Origin: Candidatus Levyibacteriota bacterium | GTDB lineage: Bacteria > Patescibacteriota > Microgenomatia > Levybacterales > UBA12049 | Direction: 5' to 3' | Assembly (NCBI GenBank): GCA_963790825.1 | Contig: CAWBPM010000003.1 | Location: 56,353 to 120,352, forward strand | DNA: 64,000 nucleotides | Part shown: piece by piece, positions 8,945 through 19,153 of the stretch | Layout of the letters: each line of letters begins with the position of its first letter | Position numbering within the stretch: the stretch's first letter is position 1 | Made by a program: the position numbers and the translations under genes | Notes under the pieces: generated by a model | Database searches by the model: none | Told to the model about the DNA's origin: nothing | Seen by the model: the letters and a program-made list of their open reading frames with translations, nothing else

Positions 8945-10567
8945 TCATTTTATCTCATAAACTGTAGCAGCGCTTCGTCCATTCAGATAGTTAATAGCAT
9001 CAAGAGCAGTTGCCGGCTGTGACGGTTTTGTCTGAAGAGCAATATAGATATCTCCTGACCGGAGTATTTTCTCGCATTGTCCAAAATAATTATTATTAAT
9101 AGAAAAACAACTATTAGTGACTCTGTTTGACCCACCTTGCGACAAATAAGCAGCAGGATCGTATTTTGTATAAAAAAGGTAAAATATATATGGCTGCTCA
9201 AACTCGGAAGAAAATATAATCCGTTTTTTCGCAAATTGTGATTGAGAGGTAAAAAGAATAGACTGTTTATAGCCGTACTGCCAATACGCCTGTGTATCAT
9301 AATTGGTATGGGAAAAGTATTGATTAAGATAATACCCGATATTAAAAACGTAGGCTACTATAATAAGTACAATTGCTGCTTTTCCTAAGATAGATTTTCT
9401 AAACAGGAGATAATGGCAAAAAAGAACCAGACCAATTGCTTCAAATATTACTATTATAGGCAGCATAATGAGACTTCTTTCCGCATTCGGTGCATCAATC
9501 GCCAATGCTGACGCTATTGGTGCTAAGAGAAACCACGCGGCAAGAACGTATCGATTTTCCATCTTTCGTCGAAAAAGAAAATATATTCCGAGAAGAATGA
9601 AGGGCAATGAGACGAGGTACAAAAGTCCCATACCGGGAGCATGGTGACGCGCTAGGTCCCCGGAAATAAAAAGCCAGTTCGGATCCCAGTGTTTTAAATA
9701 ATTTAAGGCAAATGTATCAGCATACACGAATCTTCTATTGTTTAAAAATATTCCTAATTTGCCGTTATGCGCGCTGTAATAAATAATCGCATTTGCCGAG
9801 TCTTTTAACAGTTGCGTTTGTTGGCCGGTAAATAAAACACTCTCCCCCCGGGCAGTTGTGGTTCCGTTAAACAGCCACAATGCATTTGATAAGAAAAGGA
9901 GTATTAATAAGCCTATCGTCAATATTTTTTTATTAATAAAATATTTCCAATTTAAGAGAAGTAAAGTAAAAACAAAGAGCGGCATGAAAAGCTTTTCGCT
10001 GTGGTAAGAATACGCACTCAGTGCAAACGCAATAAATGCAAAAAAGAAGCTGACTAATAAATTCCTGCGAACTCCCAGGAGAAAAAGATATGAACCGAGA
10101 AGTACAAATGCTACACCAAGTGTCGCTTCAAATGCAATCCGGCTGAACTGTATTGACCAAGGAGAAAGAGCAAATATGCTCATGGTAACAAATGCAAAAC
10201 GCATTCTGTATTTGCTATAAAAAAACAGTTCGTAAACAAATAAAAAAATTAGAATAATACTTATGCTTCCATAAAAGGCAGCAGGGAAACGGACCGTAAA
10301 AGGGGTTAAGCCGAAAACGGTAATTGCGGGAATTTCAGAATAAATATAAATTGGTTGTTTATAGTCCCCAAATGATTTGAAAGAGATGGGAAATGAAATA
10401 GCGAATTCATCTTTACCGGTGTGCATAAGGGTATATGCGTTGTATCCCCATGCCGCTTCATCCCAATCAAGTGAGTCGGGAATATTGCCTAACTGTGAAA
10501 AACGCAAAAATGTTCCTATTAGAAAAATTACGATAAAAAGACTGTAATAAAGATATTTCTTATTCAT
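8945..10567 (-). CDS. PMT/ArnT-like GT-C glycosyltransferase (GT39/PMT_2)
   Basis: The N-terminus reads FLRFSQLGNIPDSLDWDEAAWGYNAYTLMHTGKDEFAISFP, a DE-loop motif shared with the paralogs. The ORF overlaps its neighbour by 4 bp (ATGA). Confidence 0.75.
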   Translation of the reverse strand: MNKKYLYYSLFIVIFLIGTFLRFSQLGNIPDSLDWDEAAWGYNAYTLMHTGKDEFAISFPISFKSFGDYKQPIYIYSEIPAITVFGLTPFTVRFPAAFYGSISIILIFLFVYELFFYSKYRMRFAFVTMSIFALSPWSIQFSRIAFEATLGVAFVLLGSYLFLLGVRRNLLVSFFFAFIAFALSAYSYHSEKLFMPLFVFTLLLLNWKYFINKKILTIGLLILLFLSNALWLFNGTTTARGESVLFTGQQTQLLKDSANAIIYYSAHNGKLGIFLNNRRFVYADTFALNYLKHWDPNWLFISGDLARHHAPGMGLLYLVSLPFILLGIYFLFRRKMENRYVLAAWFLLAPIASALAIDAPNAERSLIMLPIIVIFEAIGLVLFCHYLLFRKSILGKAAIVLIIVAYVFNIGYYLNQYFSHTNYDTQAYWQYGYKQSILFTSQSQFAKKRIIFSSEFEQPYIFYLFYTKYDPAAYLSQGGSNRVTNSCFSINNNYFGQCEKILRSGDIYIALQTKPSQPATALDAINYLNGRSAATVYEIK

Positions 10568-12195
10568 TTTTTCACTGCAAAAATAAATGCCGGATCACCA
10601 TTAAGAAAATTTACTTGATCAACTACGCGTAAATCAGGTTCCATCTGCTGCGGAGACGCGACATATAACATTTTTTTACCCTTGTCATTTGCTTGCTCAA
10701 TATTCCCGCCTCTGAATTGCCAATCTCCAACTTTGGTTACGCTATAGAGTCCAAACGCATCTGCAGTAGGATTTCCTTCTCGCCAATATGTTTGAACAGG
10801 AATATTGGCATAGTATAAATAATAAACATATGCCCTACCATACGTATCGGTAAAGGCAACGGTATCAAAGTTTCCCTGCATTTTTTCTGCTTTTGTAATC
10901 GCTTCCTGATAGCCATATTGCCAGTCATTACTGTATTTAACAGGATAAAGCGTCGTATATGCATTAAAAAGATAAACTGCTTGAAAAATTGCGTAGATAC
11001 CAATAAGTATCCCGAACATTAAAAAGATTTTATTTTTTCTAAATTGAATAAATGCCGTAAAGATCCCAAGACCAGTGAGTATTTCATAAACAGGGATATA
11101 TGTTTCACTTCTTAGTGCGTGCGGGGTTTCTCTAGCAGTTGCCGCGGCTACGGGTGCTAAAATAAACCAAAGAAGAATAAATATTGTTATTTTATTTTTA
11201 AATTTAGCCAAGTTATACAGTCCGAAAAGAATAAATGGCAGCTCCCATAGCCAGAGTTCTCCTGATGATTGACTTGAAAACCTTGGATTTACGTCACCGG
11301 TAAAGAAAAGATATTGCGGGTTAAAAAAATCAAAATAATGTTTGGCATATAATAATGTATACCCGATTCTTCTGTTGTCAAATATTTTTCCCACGAGAGA
11401 ATTTTTATCCTGAACAAGCCAACTGTTTGACTGTGTTACGACTCCCGGATCGCTGAAAATATTTACTTCGGCAAAACGGATTTTACTGTCTGTTGTCGTC
11501 AGATATTGTATCATTGGAATTAATAATATGAGTGCGAATAAACCTGCAATAATTACCTGCTTTTTTTTCGTAAGTAAATCTTTATAAAAAAGTATTATTA
11601 GCAATATTATAAGGAGGGGAATAAAAATTCTCTGGGCATTAAATGCATAAATTCCAATAACAAAACTGACTGCGGATAAGGTATAAAACCATGCGTTTGT
11701 TCTTTTTGCGTAAAAGAATAGATAGACACCTAAAACAGTAAAAAATGTTGCTATATTCCCTTCGTAACCTCCGCGGCTAAGAAAAATATGCCAAGGAGAG
11801 ATGGCTAGAAGAAAAGCAACAAGTAGGGCTAAGTATTCACGCTTTTTTAAGCTATAAAATAATTCTCTGGTTAGTAAATAAGTAAACACTATGGTAAGTG
11901 AACCGAAAAATACAGAAGCAAATCGAATGGTAAATGTCGTTTTTCCAATAAACATCATTGCCAGTGCAGTTAAGTAGATATAGACCGGCGCTTTATTGTC
12001 TCCAAATGCTCTAAACCTGGCGATCGGAAGAAATTCATGATGCTCATCATATCCCGTTGTTAAAATTGCATATGCATTATATGCTTGTGAGACTTCATCC
12101 CAATAAAGACTGGGCGGATTAGACGTGACATTCCACGTTCTAAAAAAGAATGCAAGAAGAAAAATAACAATGAGAATAATATTATTTTTTAACAT
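10564..12195 (-). CDS. PMT/ArnT-like GT-C glycosyltransferase (GT39/PMT_2)
   Basis: The N-terminus reads FFRTWNVTSNPPSLYWDEVSQAYNAYAILTTGYDEHHEFLP, the same paralog family as 8945-10567. Confidence 0.75.
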   Translation of the reverse strand: MLKNNIILIVIFLLAFFFRTWNVTSNPPSLYWDEVSQAYNAYAILTTGYDEHHEFLPIARFRAFGDNKAPVYIYLTALAMMFIGKTTFTIRFASVFFGSLTIVFTYLLTRELFYSLKKREYLALLVAFLLAISPWHIFLSRGGYEGNIATFFTVLGVYLFFYAKRTNAWFYTLSAVSFVIGIYAFNAQRIFIPLLIILLIILFYKDLLTKKKQVIIAGLFALILLIPMIQYLTTTDSKIRFAEVNIFSDPGVVTQSNSWLVQDKNSLVGKIFDNRRIGYTLLYAKHYFDFFNPQYLFFTGDVNPRFSSQSSGELWLWELPFILFGLYNLAKFKNKITIFILLWFILAPVAAATARETPHALRSETYIPVYEILTGLGIFTAFIQFRKNKIFLMFGILIGIYAIFQAVYLFNAYTTLYPVKYSNDWQYGYQEAITKAEKMQGNFDTVAFTDTYGRAYVYYLYYANIPVQTYWREGNPTADAFGLYSVTKVGDWQFRGGNIEQANDKGKKMLYVASPQQMEPDLRVVDQVNFLNGDPAFIFAVKK

Positions 12196-13798
12196 TTCCG
12201 GAAATGGTATAGCCTAAAATCGGTTCGCCTGATGGGAGATTTATTGTGTGCTCAAGATTTTGTGGATTTTGATCGTCTATATAAATTGTGTCCGGCTGTA
12301 ATTTTGTATAATCAATCGAATCCACAAAACTAAATCTTGCGAAACTTTTTACATAGAGAAATCCGTCACTTGTCATTGGGTAATACTCCACTTCTTTTAT
12401 AAATTTTGCCGGATCATATTTTTCATAAAAAAGAAAATAAATATAATGAAAGTCTTCCGGTCCTCGCATAACTACATTATATGTCGGGTACTTATCCGCA
12501 AGTGCTACTGCTTGTTTATTTCCATATCGCCAAAACCGTACCCGTTCAAAATTGAAATGGACAAAATAACCATCAAGAAAGTAGATAATATTAATGATAT
12601 AGAGAAGTGCTATTATGCCGAGAGATAAATAATAAAATCTTTTACCGCGCAGGATATCTATCATCTTGCCGGCTCCATAAGCCATTACAATGGTTGCCAG
12701 GGGAAGTAAAAGAAAAAGACGAGTAGAGTTTGGCGTATCAGTGGTAAGAGAAGATGGAATAGGACCCACTAAAAACCATGGCAGAAGAAAAAGAATTGTT
12801 TTTTCACGATACCAAAATAAAGAAAGTACTCCAATAACCAGCAATAGCGCGTCAAGCAGGTAAAAATTAGCAAAATATCCTAAATTATGCTGGAGTTTTT
12901 CTCCGCCTTTATCAAAAAGGAAAGATGGGGAGAATACGCCGATATAATTCTGTCCAAACTGAGTAAGTACCGCTGCATATTTATTATAGAGTAATTTTTT
13001 AAGAATTGGACTTTCAACTGCTTTATCTGTTTTCAGCTTATCTGCCCTATTATAGATAATATTTGGGTCATTTAAGATTGATAACGTAGAAACCTTGTTC
13101 GATCCGCTTATACTGAGAGTTATAAAAGATATAGAAATGAAAAATAGCATAATCAAAACTGAAATTATTGTCCATTTATCTAAGATAATTTTTCTATAAA
13201 AAATTGCAAGCATTCCGAGTATAAATAAGGGGGTAAATAAGATAAAAGAGTGGTAGGTAAAAAGAGTCAATCCAAAAAGTACAGCTGCGGGAACAAGAGT
13301 TTTTAGCGATTTTTGTTTTTCTGCTAAATACCGGATGAGAAGATAAAATCCAGCGAGAAAAAGAGTTGTCCCGAGATTCACTTCATAGGCTGCCCGTGAA
13401 AAATAGATACTCCAAGGCGAAAAGGCATAAAAAAATGCAGCAAATAATGCTATTTTTCTGTCTTTAAAAAGGAGTTCTGTAATTTTAAAAATAAGAAAAA
13501 CTCCGATAATACCGGAGATTGCGCTCGGCAGACGAACTGCCTCTTCTGTTAATCCAAAAAAAACAATAAACGGTATCGTAATAATTTCATAGAAAGGTAA
13601 TTTCCAGTCACCAAATGACTGTAGTGCCAGCGGAAGAAATTTTCCATGTTCATCTGCGCCCGTTTTAAACAGTGCGTATGCATTATAACCAATTGCAGCC
13701 TCGTCCTGGTTAAGACTTCCGGGAATATTACTTAGCTGATACAGCCTTAAAAAAGCAGCTACGATAAGAATGAGGAGTAAAATATATTTTGATTTCAT
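12182..13798 (-). CDS. PMT/ArnT-like GT-C glycosyltransferase (GT39/PMT_2)
   Basis: The N-terminus reads FLRLYQLSNIPGSLNQDEAAIGYNAYALFKTGADEHGKFLP. It overlaps the downstream gene by 14 bp. Confidence 0.75.
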   Translation of the reverse strand: MKSKYILLLILIVAAFLRLYQLSNIPGSLNQDEAAIGYNAYALFKTGADEHGKFLPLALQSFGDWKLPFYEIITIPFIVFFGLTEEAVRLPSAISGIIGVFLIFKITELLFKDRKIALFAAFFYAFSPWSIYFSRAAYEVNLGTTLFLAGFYLLIRYLAEKQKSLKTLVPAAVLFGLTLFTYHSFILFTPLFILGMLAIFYRKIILDKWTIISVLIMLFFISISFITLSISGSNKVSTLSILNDPNIIYNRADKLKTDKAVESPILKKLLYNKYAAVLTQFGQNYIGVFSPSFLFDKGGEKLQHNLGYFANFYLLDALLLVIGVLSLFWYREKTILFLLPWFLVGPIPSSLTTDTPNSTRLFLLLPLATIVMAYGAGKMIDILRGKRFYYLSLGIIALLYIINIIYFLDGYFVHFNFERVRFWRYGNKQAVALADKYPTYNVVMRGPEDFHYIYFLFYEKYDPAKFIKEVEYYPMTSDGFLYVKSFARFSFVDSIDYTKLQPDTIYIDDQNPQNLEHTINLPSGEPILGYTISGNVKK

Positions 13799-13867
13799 AG
13801 TATAGAATACCTAATTTTCTCACTATTTAAATATCATAGCGGAATTTTCTTTTCCACTCTAGACAAT

Positions 13868-14578
13868 TTAATCCATAACACGGTATTTAACCAAATTCCA
13901 GACAGCTTTAAATCCGTCTCTAAATGTATTAAGCTTTTTTCCCTCATCGTATCCACGCGGATTAGTAGAAATAGGAACCTCGTAAATTTTATAACCACGT
14001 TTTAGTAGTTTAGCGGTAATTTCCGGCTCAAATTCAAAACCCCTTGCCCGAATTATCATTCCGTCAATCGCTTTTTTGGGAAATAGCTTATAACAAGACT
14101 CCATGTCGGTAACCCAGCTGAAATAAAGAATGCTTGTCAATAAACTTAAAAATTTATTACCTAAATAGTGAAGAAAAAATTGACTTGTTCTTTCATCTCG
14201 CGAAAAATTCGGTAAACGCCTTAATCTGGTCCCGTATACAACCTTTGCCTTTCCATCTGTAATTGGTTTAATAAGTTTCGCTATTTCCTTCGGGTTGTAT
14301 TCCAAATCCGCATCCTGAATAATAATGTATTCCCCTTCTGCATGCTTTATTCCCGTTCGTAAAGCAGCGCCTTTGCCTAAATTCTTTGGATGCGAGAAGA
14401 ATTTGATATTTTTAATTCCACTTTTCTCTATATACTTTTTTGTATTATCCCTTGATCCGTCATCCACAACAATAATATCTTTTATAACTGCCGGAAGTTG
14501 CAGCTTGTCAAGCGCCTCAAGCACTGGTACTATTGTTTTTTCCTCATTAAAAACCGGAACAATAATTGATAATTTCAT
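13868..14578 (-). CDS. GT2 polyprenyl-phosphate sugar synthase (DPM1/ArnC-like)
   Basis: The N-terminus reads LSIIVPVFNEE...IIVVDDGSRDNT...GKGAALRTG...IIQDADLEYNP, the classical Dpm1-type motifs. The ORF is 236 aa. Confidence 0.8.
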   Translation of the reverse strand: MKLSIIVPVFNEEKTIVPVLEALDKLQLPAVIKDIIVVDDGSRDNTKKYIEKSGIKNIKFFSHPKNLGKGAALRTGIKHAEGEYIIIQDADLEYNPKEIAKLIKPITDGKAKVVYGTRLRRLPNFSRDERTSQFFLHYLGNKFLSLLTSILYFSWVTDMESCYKLFPKKAIDGMIIRARGFEFEPEITAKLLKRGYKIYEVPISTNPRGYDEGKKLNTFRDGFKAVWNLVKYRVMD

Positions 14579-14649
14579 TAAGCTAGAATACCTCTTCTGT
14601 GAAAAATAATTTTTTTATTGTGATTTAGACTATAAAACTGATGTTTATC

Positions 14650-16959
14650 TCAGATAATTTTATCATAAAATTCTACTTTATTTCTGCCTTTTGGTATAAA
14701 TATGCCACGGAAATTATAATCCGTTCGGTAGATTTTAACCGTAATTGGCTGAGTAAACGAGTTATCGAGTGAAGAGACTTGTGCATGCCAGGTGGGATAA
14801 AATGTGTCTGTCAGCAGAAGAAATCCATCTCCTGAATTTTCCGTATCGAGAGTAATCCTGTTCTCCGAATATTGTATTCGTACTATTTTTCCTTGAGAAA
14901 GTGGATTTGGAACAATACTTTCCAAGCCTTCAACTATTGCAGTATTACGTATGTCAACTTCCGGATTAAAGAGAAGATTGATGCTGTCTTCTTTATTTTT
15001 TGCTTTAATTAAACTTCTAACAAAGAACGCTCTTGGCAGAACATTTGTATTCTCATAAACTTTCGTTTGGCCCTCCTCAAAAACTTTTATTAGTTTGGGC
15101 GAGGCAAGATCCGAAAGACTTAATACATATTTTACGCCCAGTAAATCAATAATTCGCGAATTGTACTCAAACGGCTGAATAATCCGGTTAAATCCGAAAG
15201 GTGCTGTTATATCCGGTTTTCCACGCTCCGAGGCTTTTATGAGTTCACCGTAGCGCATGAGATAAAGCGGATCGTATCCATCTATACTTTGCAGATGATA
15301 GTGGTTTGAAAAATTAGGCGGAAAAATCCGTGAATCGGTTTCCATAATCCGATAGATCCCACTATGGTTTTCCAGAAAAGAAAGGCTTTCGCTATTTGGA
15401 AATAAATACTCTTTATTGGTAAATGTTTCATATTTTTCATAAAACCTATAGAGATCAATAATTGTAATGCCGACTAAAAGAATAACAAGGAGCTGCTGAA
15501 GATTCTTTTTTTTAAATATCGTCATGCATAAAATAATAATTCCTCCTGCAATAAAAATTGCCGTCGGAAATAATAAGTTTCGCCGGGCAATACTTAATCT
15601 TTCAGGAGTAAAACCGCCCAATGTTTGTTTGCTTAGAACAAATACCCATAATCCAAGCAGTATGCAGGCAATAAACAGCAATGGGTAGAGTATGTCTCTT
15701 TTCCGAGAAACTCCAATGTAATAATCCATGCCTAGTACGGTTAAGACAGACAGACAAAAATCGGTCAGGAAAAGCAGTCTTGTCGGTTGAGTCGATAAGA
15801 GAAACGGGATATGAGCTGTATAGGGAATTATTGCGAGAAAAGTCGGTAATGCGAAAATTAACGAGAGAAAAAATACAGATCCGAAAAAGAGTGTTTTTTT
15901 ATCCCGGCGAAAAAACATTGCAAAAAGTGCAAAAACTAAAGGAATAATTCCGACATATCCTACCAGCTCTCCATAGTTCCACGTACTCCAATAATTTAGT
16001 GTCGCAGGATTACCGAAAAAATCGGGAGCGACAAACTGAATCAGGTGCTGCCAAGGCAAAAACCATCCGTCATTTTGCCAATTATTCAGTTGATCGACGT
16101 CACGGGCACTTAAGTTAATAAACTGCAGAGACGGCAGCCACTGCAAAGCCGTAATAATAATAAAAATGCAACCAAGCAGCAGAAATGGCAGATATTTTTT
16201 AAAGTACGATTGTAAAAATAATTTAGCCGGTTGGTTTTTTTGCCATGTTATTTGGAATATACGAGCAAAAAGATATAGATTTGTTATAAGAAATGAGTAA
16301 AACCAGATTTGCAGATGTCCCGAAAAAAACTGTGCGCACTGGGCAAAAAGAAGAATTACAAACCACTGAGTAGATAATTTTGCCAATAATTTCTCTTTTG
16401 CAAGAAGGATTAGAGGTAACCAGACCGCTGTTTGGACAATTGTCCCCCATTCTATCCATGACACTGAAAATCCGCAGAAGGCATAGACAAAACTTCCTAA
16501 GATACAAGCCCATCTGTTAAGTTTAAAATTGACAAGATAGAAATAGAGGAAAATACCTGCAAGAAGCGGCTGCAATAACACTAAAACACTCCAAGCGTAG
16601 GAAAATGGGAGTAGGAAAAAGAGTAAATTAAGCGGGTTAAAAGTAGCGGACTGAAAGTTTGCTAAGAGTGGATAACCGCCCATGCTATATGGATTCCATA
16701 ACGGCAGTTCAAACGTCTTTTCCGCATTAACAACTAACTGCCGCCAAGGTATCTGCTGGCGAACCGGGTCGGTAATTAAGAAATTTTTAAACGGGATTCC
16801 GCGCGGATAATTTGCGGCATATTTATCTAAGAACGGATGGTAGAGACCAACTATCGTATCTGCAGGAATCGGCAGTTTGTCCTGAATTAGAAACTGTCCG
16901 AAGAAAAAGCCAAAAATAACCATTAAAAAAAAGAGAGTGAGAAAACGGTATTTGCTCAT
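14650..16959 (-). CDS. Large polytopic membrane protein, YfhO-like (GT-C related)
   Basis: A 769-aa protein with many TM helices. The N-terminal LPIPADTIVGLYHPF...PLWNPYSMGGYPLLANFQSATFNP block resembles the YfhO family. Confidence 0.45.
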   Translation of the reverse strand: MSKYRFLTLFFLMVIFGFFFGQFLIQDKLPIPADTIVGLYHPFLDKYAANYPRGIPFKNFLITDPVRQQIPWRQLVVNAEKTFELPLWNPYSMGGYPLLANFQSATFNPLNLLFFLLPFSYAWSVLVLLQPLLAGIFLYFYLVNFKLNRWACILGSFVYAFCGFSVSWIEWGTIVQTAVWLPLILLAKEKLLAKLSTQWFVILLFAQCAQFFSGHLQIWFYSFLITNLYLFARIFQITWQKNQPAKLFLQSYFKKYLPFLLLGCIFIIITALQWLPSLQFINLSARDVDQLNNWQNDGWFLPWQHLIQFVAPDFFGNPATLNYWSTWNYGELVGYVGIIPLVFALFAMFFRRDKKTLFFGSVFFLSLIFALPTFLAIIPYTAHIPFLLSTQPTRLLFLTDFCLSVLTVLGMDYYIGVSRKRDILYPLLFIACILLGLWVFVLSKQTLGGFTPERLSIARRNLLFPTAIFIAGGIIILCMTIFKKKNLQQLLVILLVGITIIDLYRFYEKYETFTNKEYLFPNSESLSFLENHSGIYRIMETDSRIFPPNFSNHYHLQSIDGYDPLYLMRYGELIKASERGKPDITAPFGFNRIIQPFEYNSRIIDLLGVKYVLSLSDLASPKLIKVFEEGQTKVYENTNVLPRAFFVRSLIKAKNKEDSINLLFNPEVDIRNTAIVEGLESIVPNPLSQGKIVRIQYSENRITLDTENSGDGFLLLTDTFYPTWHAQVSSLDNSFTQPITVKIYRTDYNFRGIFIPKGRNKVEFYDKII

Positions 16960-16971
16960 ATTAATCTTCGA

Positions 16972-18048
16972 TTAATCTTCCACTAATTTTATAATTGCAT
17001 CACAAAATTTATTTTTACTGAAGTCTTTTGCCCGTAACCTTGCAGCTTCGGACATCTTCATCCAAAGTCCATTTTCTTTTATCAAAAGGTTTGTTTTTGC
17101 TTGCAATTCCTCCAGAGTATTCCAGAAAAAACCGTTTTCGCCATCACTGATAATCTCTTTTTGCCCTCCGTTATTAATAACGACCGGTACAACACCTGCT
17201 CCCATTGCTTCGACTGTCGCTATACCGAAATGCTCCGCGTATTCGGGATGGTTTTTCAAATCTTCTCCGAATCCTGACGCGTGCCAATAAATTTTTGCAA
17301 GGTTATACATATTCCACAATTCATCATTATTTTTATTAAGCAAAAAATTTATCGGATATCCCTTTGCGGAATTTTGTAAAGCTGAAAATTTTTCTCCGTC
17401 TGCTCTTCTGACACTCGCAGCAACAATAAATTGCCAACCCATAAGACCGTGATCAACCATCTTTTTAAAAGCTTCTATCATGACACTTTGCTTTTTATAA
17501 TCCGAAGTACCGTCTTTATTTATGCGAAATCTACCCACATGAAGAATAATATTTTCCTTTGCTATATCTGTTGCAAAAAGCGAAACCGGAGGGTAAATAA
17601 CAACATTTTTATTGCCGGGAAATAGTTTTTGGTTATGAAACTTTGTAAATTCTGAGTTATAAAACACTTTGCTAATCCGTGAAAGTTTTAGCTTATATCT
17701 CCAAGAATATGCCTGTTTTTCTTTCTTTAATGGCTGTTGAATATGTATAAAAAGCTTTTTAGAAAGAACAAGAGGGATGCTGCCGTCACTGAGAATTATA
17801 ATTACGTCATATTTCTTCGTTTCCAGTATCCTATCAATAAGATTTACCTGACGGGAAAAAATATTCTTTTTTATTACAACTCCATCCAGATTAATAGAAA
17901 ATCTTTTCTTAAGTGTTTCCAAATCTTCAATGCTATCCCAAAATAGCGATACTTCGTGCTTCTTCGTAAGACATTCTGCAATAGTCATCATATATTTTTC
18001 TCCACCGCCCAAATCATCGAGATAGGGATCGTATATACCAATTTTCAT
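16972..18048 (-). CDS. Glycosyltransferase family 4 (GT-B)
   Basis: Contains EHFGIATVEAMGAGVVPVV...GGQKEIISDGENGF, the GT1/GT4 EX7E region. Confidence 0.8.
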   Translation of the reverse strand: MKIGIYDPYLDDLGGGEKYMMTIAECLTKKHEVSLFWDSIEDLETLKKRFSINLDGVVIKKNIFSRQVNLIDRILETKKYDVIIILSDGSIPLVLSKKLFIHIQQPLKKEKQAYSWRYKLKLSRISKVFYNSEFTKFHNQKLFPGNKNVVIYPPVSLFATDIAKENIILHVGRFRINKDGTSDYKKQSVMIEAFKKMVDHGLMGWQFIVAASVRRADGEKFSALQNSAKGYPINFLLNKNNDELWNMYNLAKIYWHASGFGEDLKNHPEYAEHFGIATVEAMGAGVVPVVINNGGQKEIISDGENGFFWNTLEELQAKTNLLIKENGLWMKMSEAARLRAKDFSKNKFCDAIIKLVED

Positions 18049-18067
18049 ATTCTTATTTTATCAGCTA

Positions 18068-18352
18068 TTGCTAAGCTTTAAAAGTTTTGCTAGTATTACA
18101 GGTGTGAATAATAATCTTAACCCTGAAATTATCATAGCAGGCATACTGGCTACTATTTGGGAACTTCTCTGGAAAGGATTGGCACTTTGGCGCTCGGCAA
18201 GGCTTGGGCAACGGAATTGGTTTATCGTTTTTATTATTCTTGTACTTATTAACACACTTGGGATTGTTGAAATTATTTATTTATTCCGCTTTGCTAAAAA
18301 ACGTATGACAGTAAAAGAACTCCGGTTTTGGGAATATATTTCCTTTAAATAA
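18068..18352 (+). CDS. Small two-TM membrane protein (hypothetical; TTG start)
   Basis: It is the only plus-strand ORF inside the minus-strand operon. It has two clear hydrophobic helices (IIIAGILATIWELLW and WFIVFIILVLINTLGIVEIIYLF) and no ATG start, so it remains uncertain. Confidence 0.3.
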   Translation: MLSFKSFASITGVNNNLNPEIIIAGILATIWELLWKGLALWRSARLGQRNWFIVFIILVLINTLGIVEIIYLFRFAKKRMTVKELRFWEYISFK

Positions 18353-18366
18353 GACTGCACAACGCA

Positions 18367-19137
18367 TTATCTATCAGTTTCGGCTTCTTCCGGCTTTGCC
18401 ATTTGTAATTCCCATAGTCTCGCGTAAGTAATAAATATACTAAATGTCTGGTAGATACTCTCAATAAGCCCTGCTGTTCCGGCCTTATAGCCTTTTTCCG
18501 ATACATAATAATGATAAAACGTGGTTATCATGACTCGTGGAAAACGCCACCAGGTCATAGGCGGATGTTTAGCATCAAATCTAAGTTTTGCTTCAACTGC
18601 AGACCAGCGAATTGTTTTTTCAACCATCGATGTCAGATCACGGTGCGTATAATGCAGGAGATAGCCCTCAAGCTCTCCGATTTCTCCTTTTACTCTGGGG
18701 GATTCATGAAGTTCACCGTACCATTCTTCGAGTGCCTTTTTTTTAAAAAGTCGTTCAAGCTTTTCGCTTGTTGGCCATTTATGGTTGCCAAAGTAAAAAT
18801 TTTGTCTTTTAATCCAATAAGCGTTATATTTACTTTCCCTTTTCTCCGTTACCTTCCTGATAGAAACTGCTAAATCTCCCGAAACCCGCTCATCCACATC
18901 AACATATAAAATCCAATTTCCTTTGGCTTTTCGCAGTCCGTAATTTCTTAGAGCTGAAAAATCGGATGTTGTATAGGTAAAAACCTGTGCTTTCAGAAGT
19001 TGTGCAAGCTCCACTGTTCTGTCCGTTGATCCGTTATCGATAATGATTATTTCGTCAACAAATTTCAGCGAATCTATACAATCTACAAGCAGTTTCTCTC
19101 CATTTTTAACGATAATTACGGCTGAAATTTTACTCAT
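18367..19137 (-). CDS. Glycosyltransferase family 2
   Basis: The N-terminus reads SAVIIVKNGEKLL...IIIIDNGSTDRT...YVDVDE. Confidence 0.8.
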   Translation of the reverse strand: MSKISAVIIVKNGEKLLVDCIDSLKFVDEIIIIDNGSTDRTVELAQLLKAQVFTYTTSDFSALRNYGLRKAKGNWILYVDVDERVSGDLAVSIRKVTEKRESKYNAYWIKRQNFYFGNHKWPTSEKLERLFKKKALEEWYGELHESPRVKGEIGELEGYLLHYTHRDLTSMVEKTIRWSAVEAKLRFDAKHPPMTWWRFPRVMITTFYHYYVSEKGYKAGTAGLIESIYQTFSIFITYARLWELQMAKPEEAETDR

Positions 19138-19153
19138 ATGCGATAACTATCCT

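Noticed and set aside
8649-11003. Short antisense or alternate-frame ORFs (8649-8840, 8983-9300, 10737-11003, 12446-12628, 14325-14609, 15681-15947, 16223-16513, 17431-17946)
   Set aside because: All are embedded within long, well-supported membrane-protein genes. They are low complexity and have no SD or start context, so they are treated as spurious.
18061-18255. Minus-strand 64-aa ORF overlapping the small plus-strand membrane ORF
   Set aside because: It has no hydrophobic or domain features and overlaps the more plausible two-TM ORF. Neither is strongly supported.
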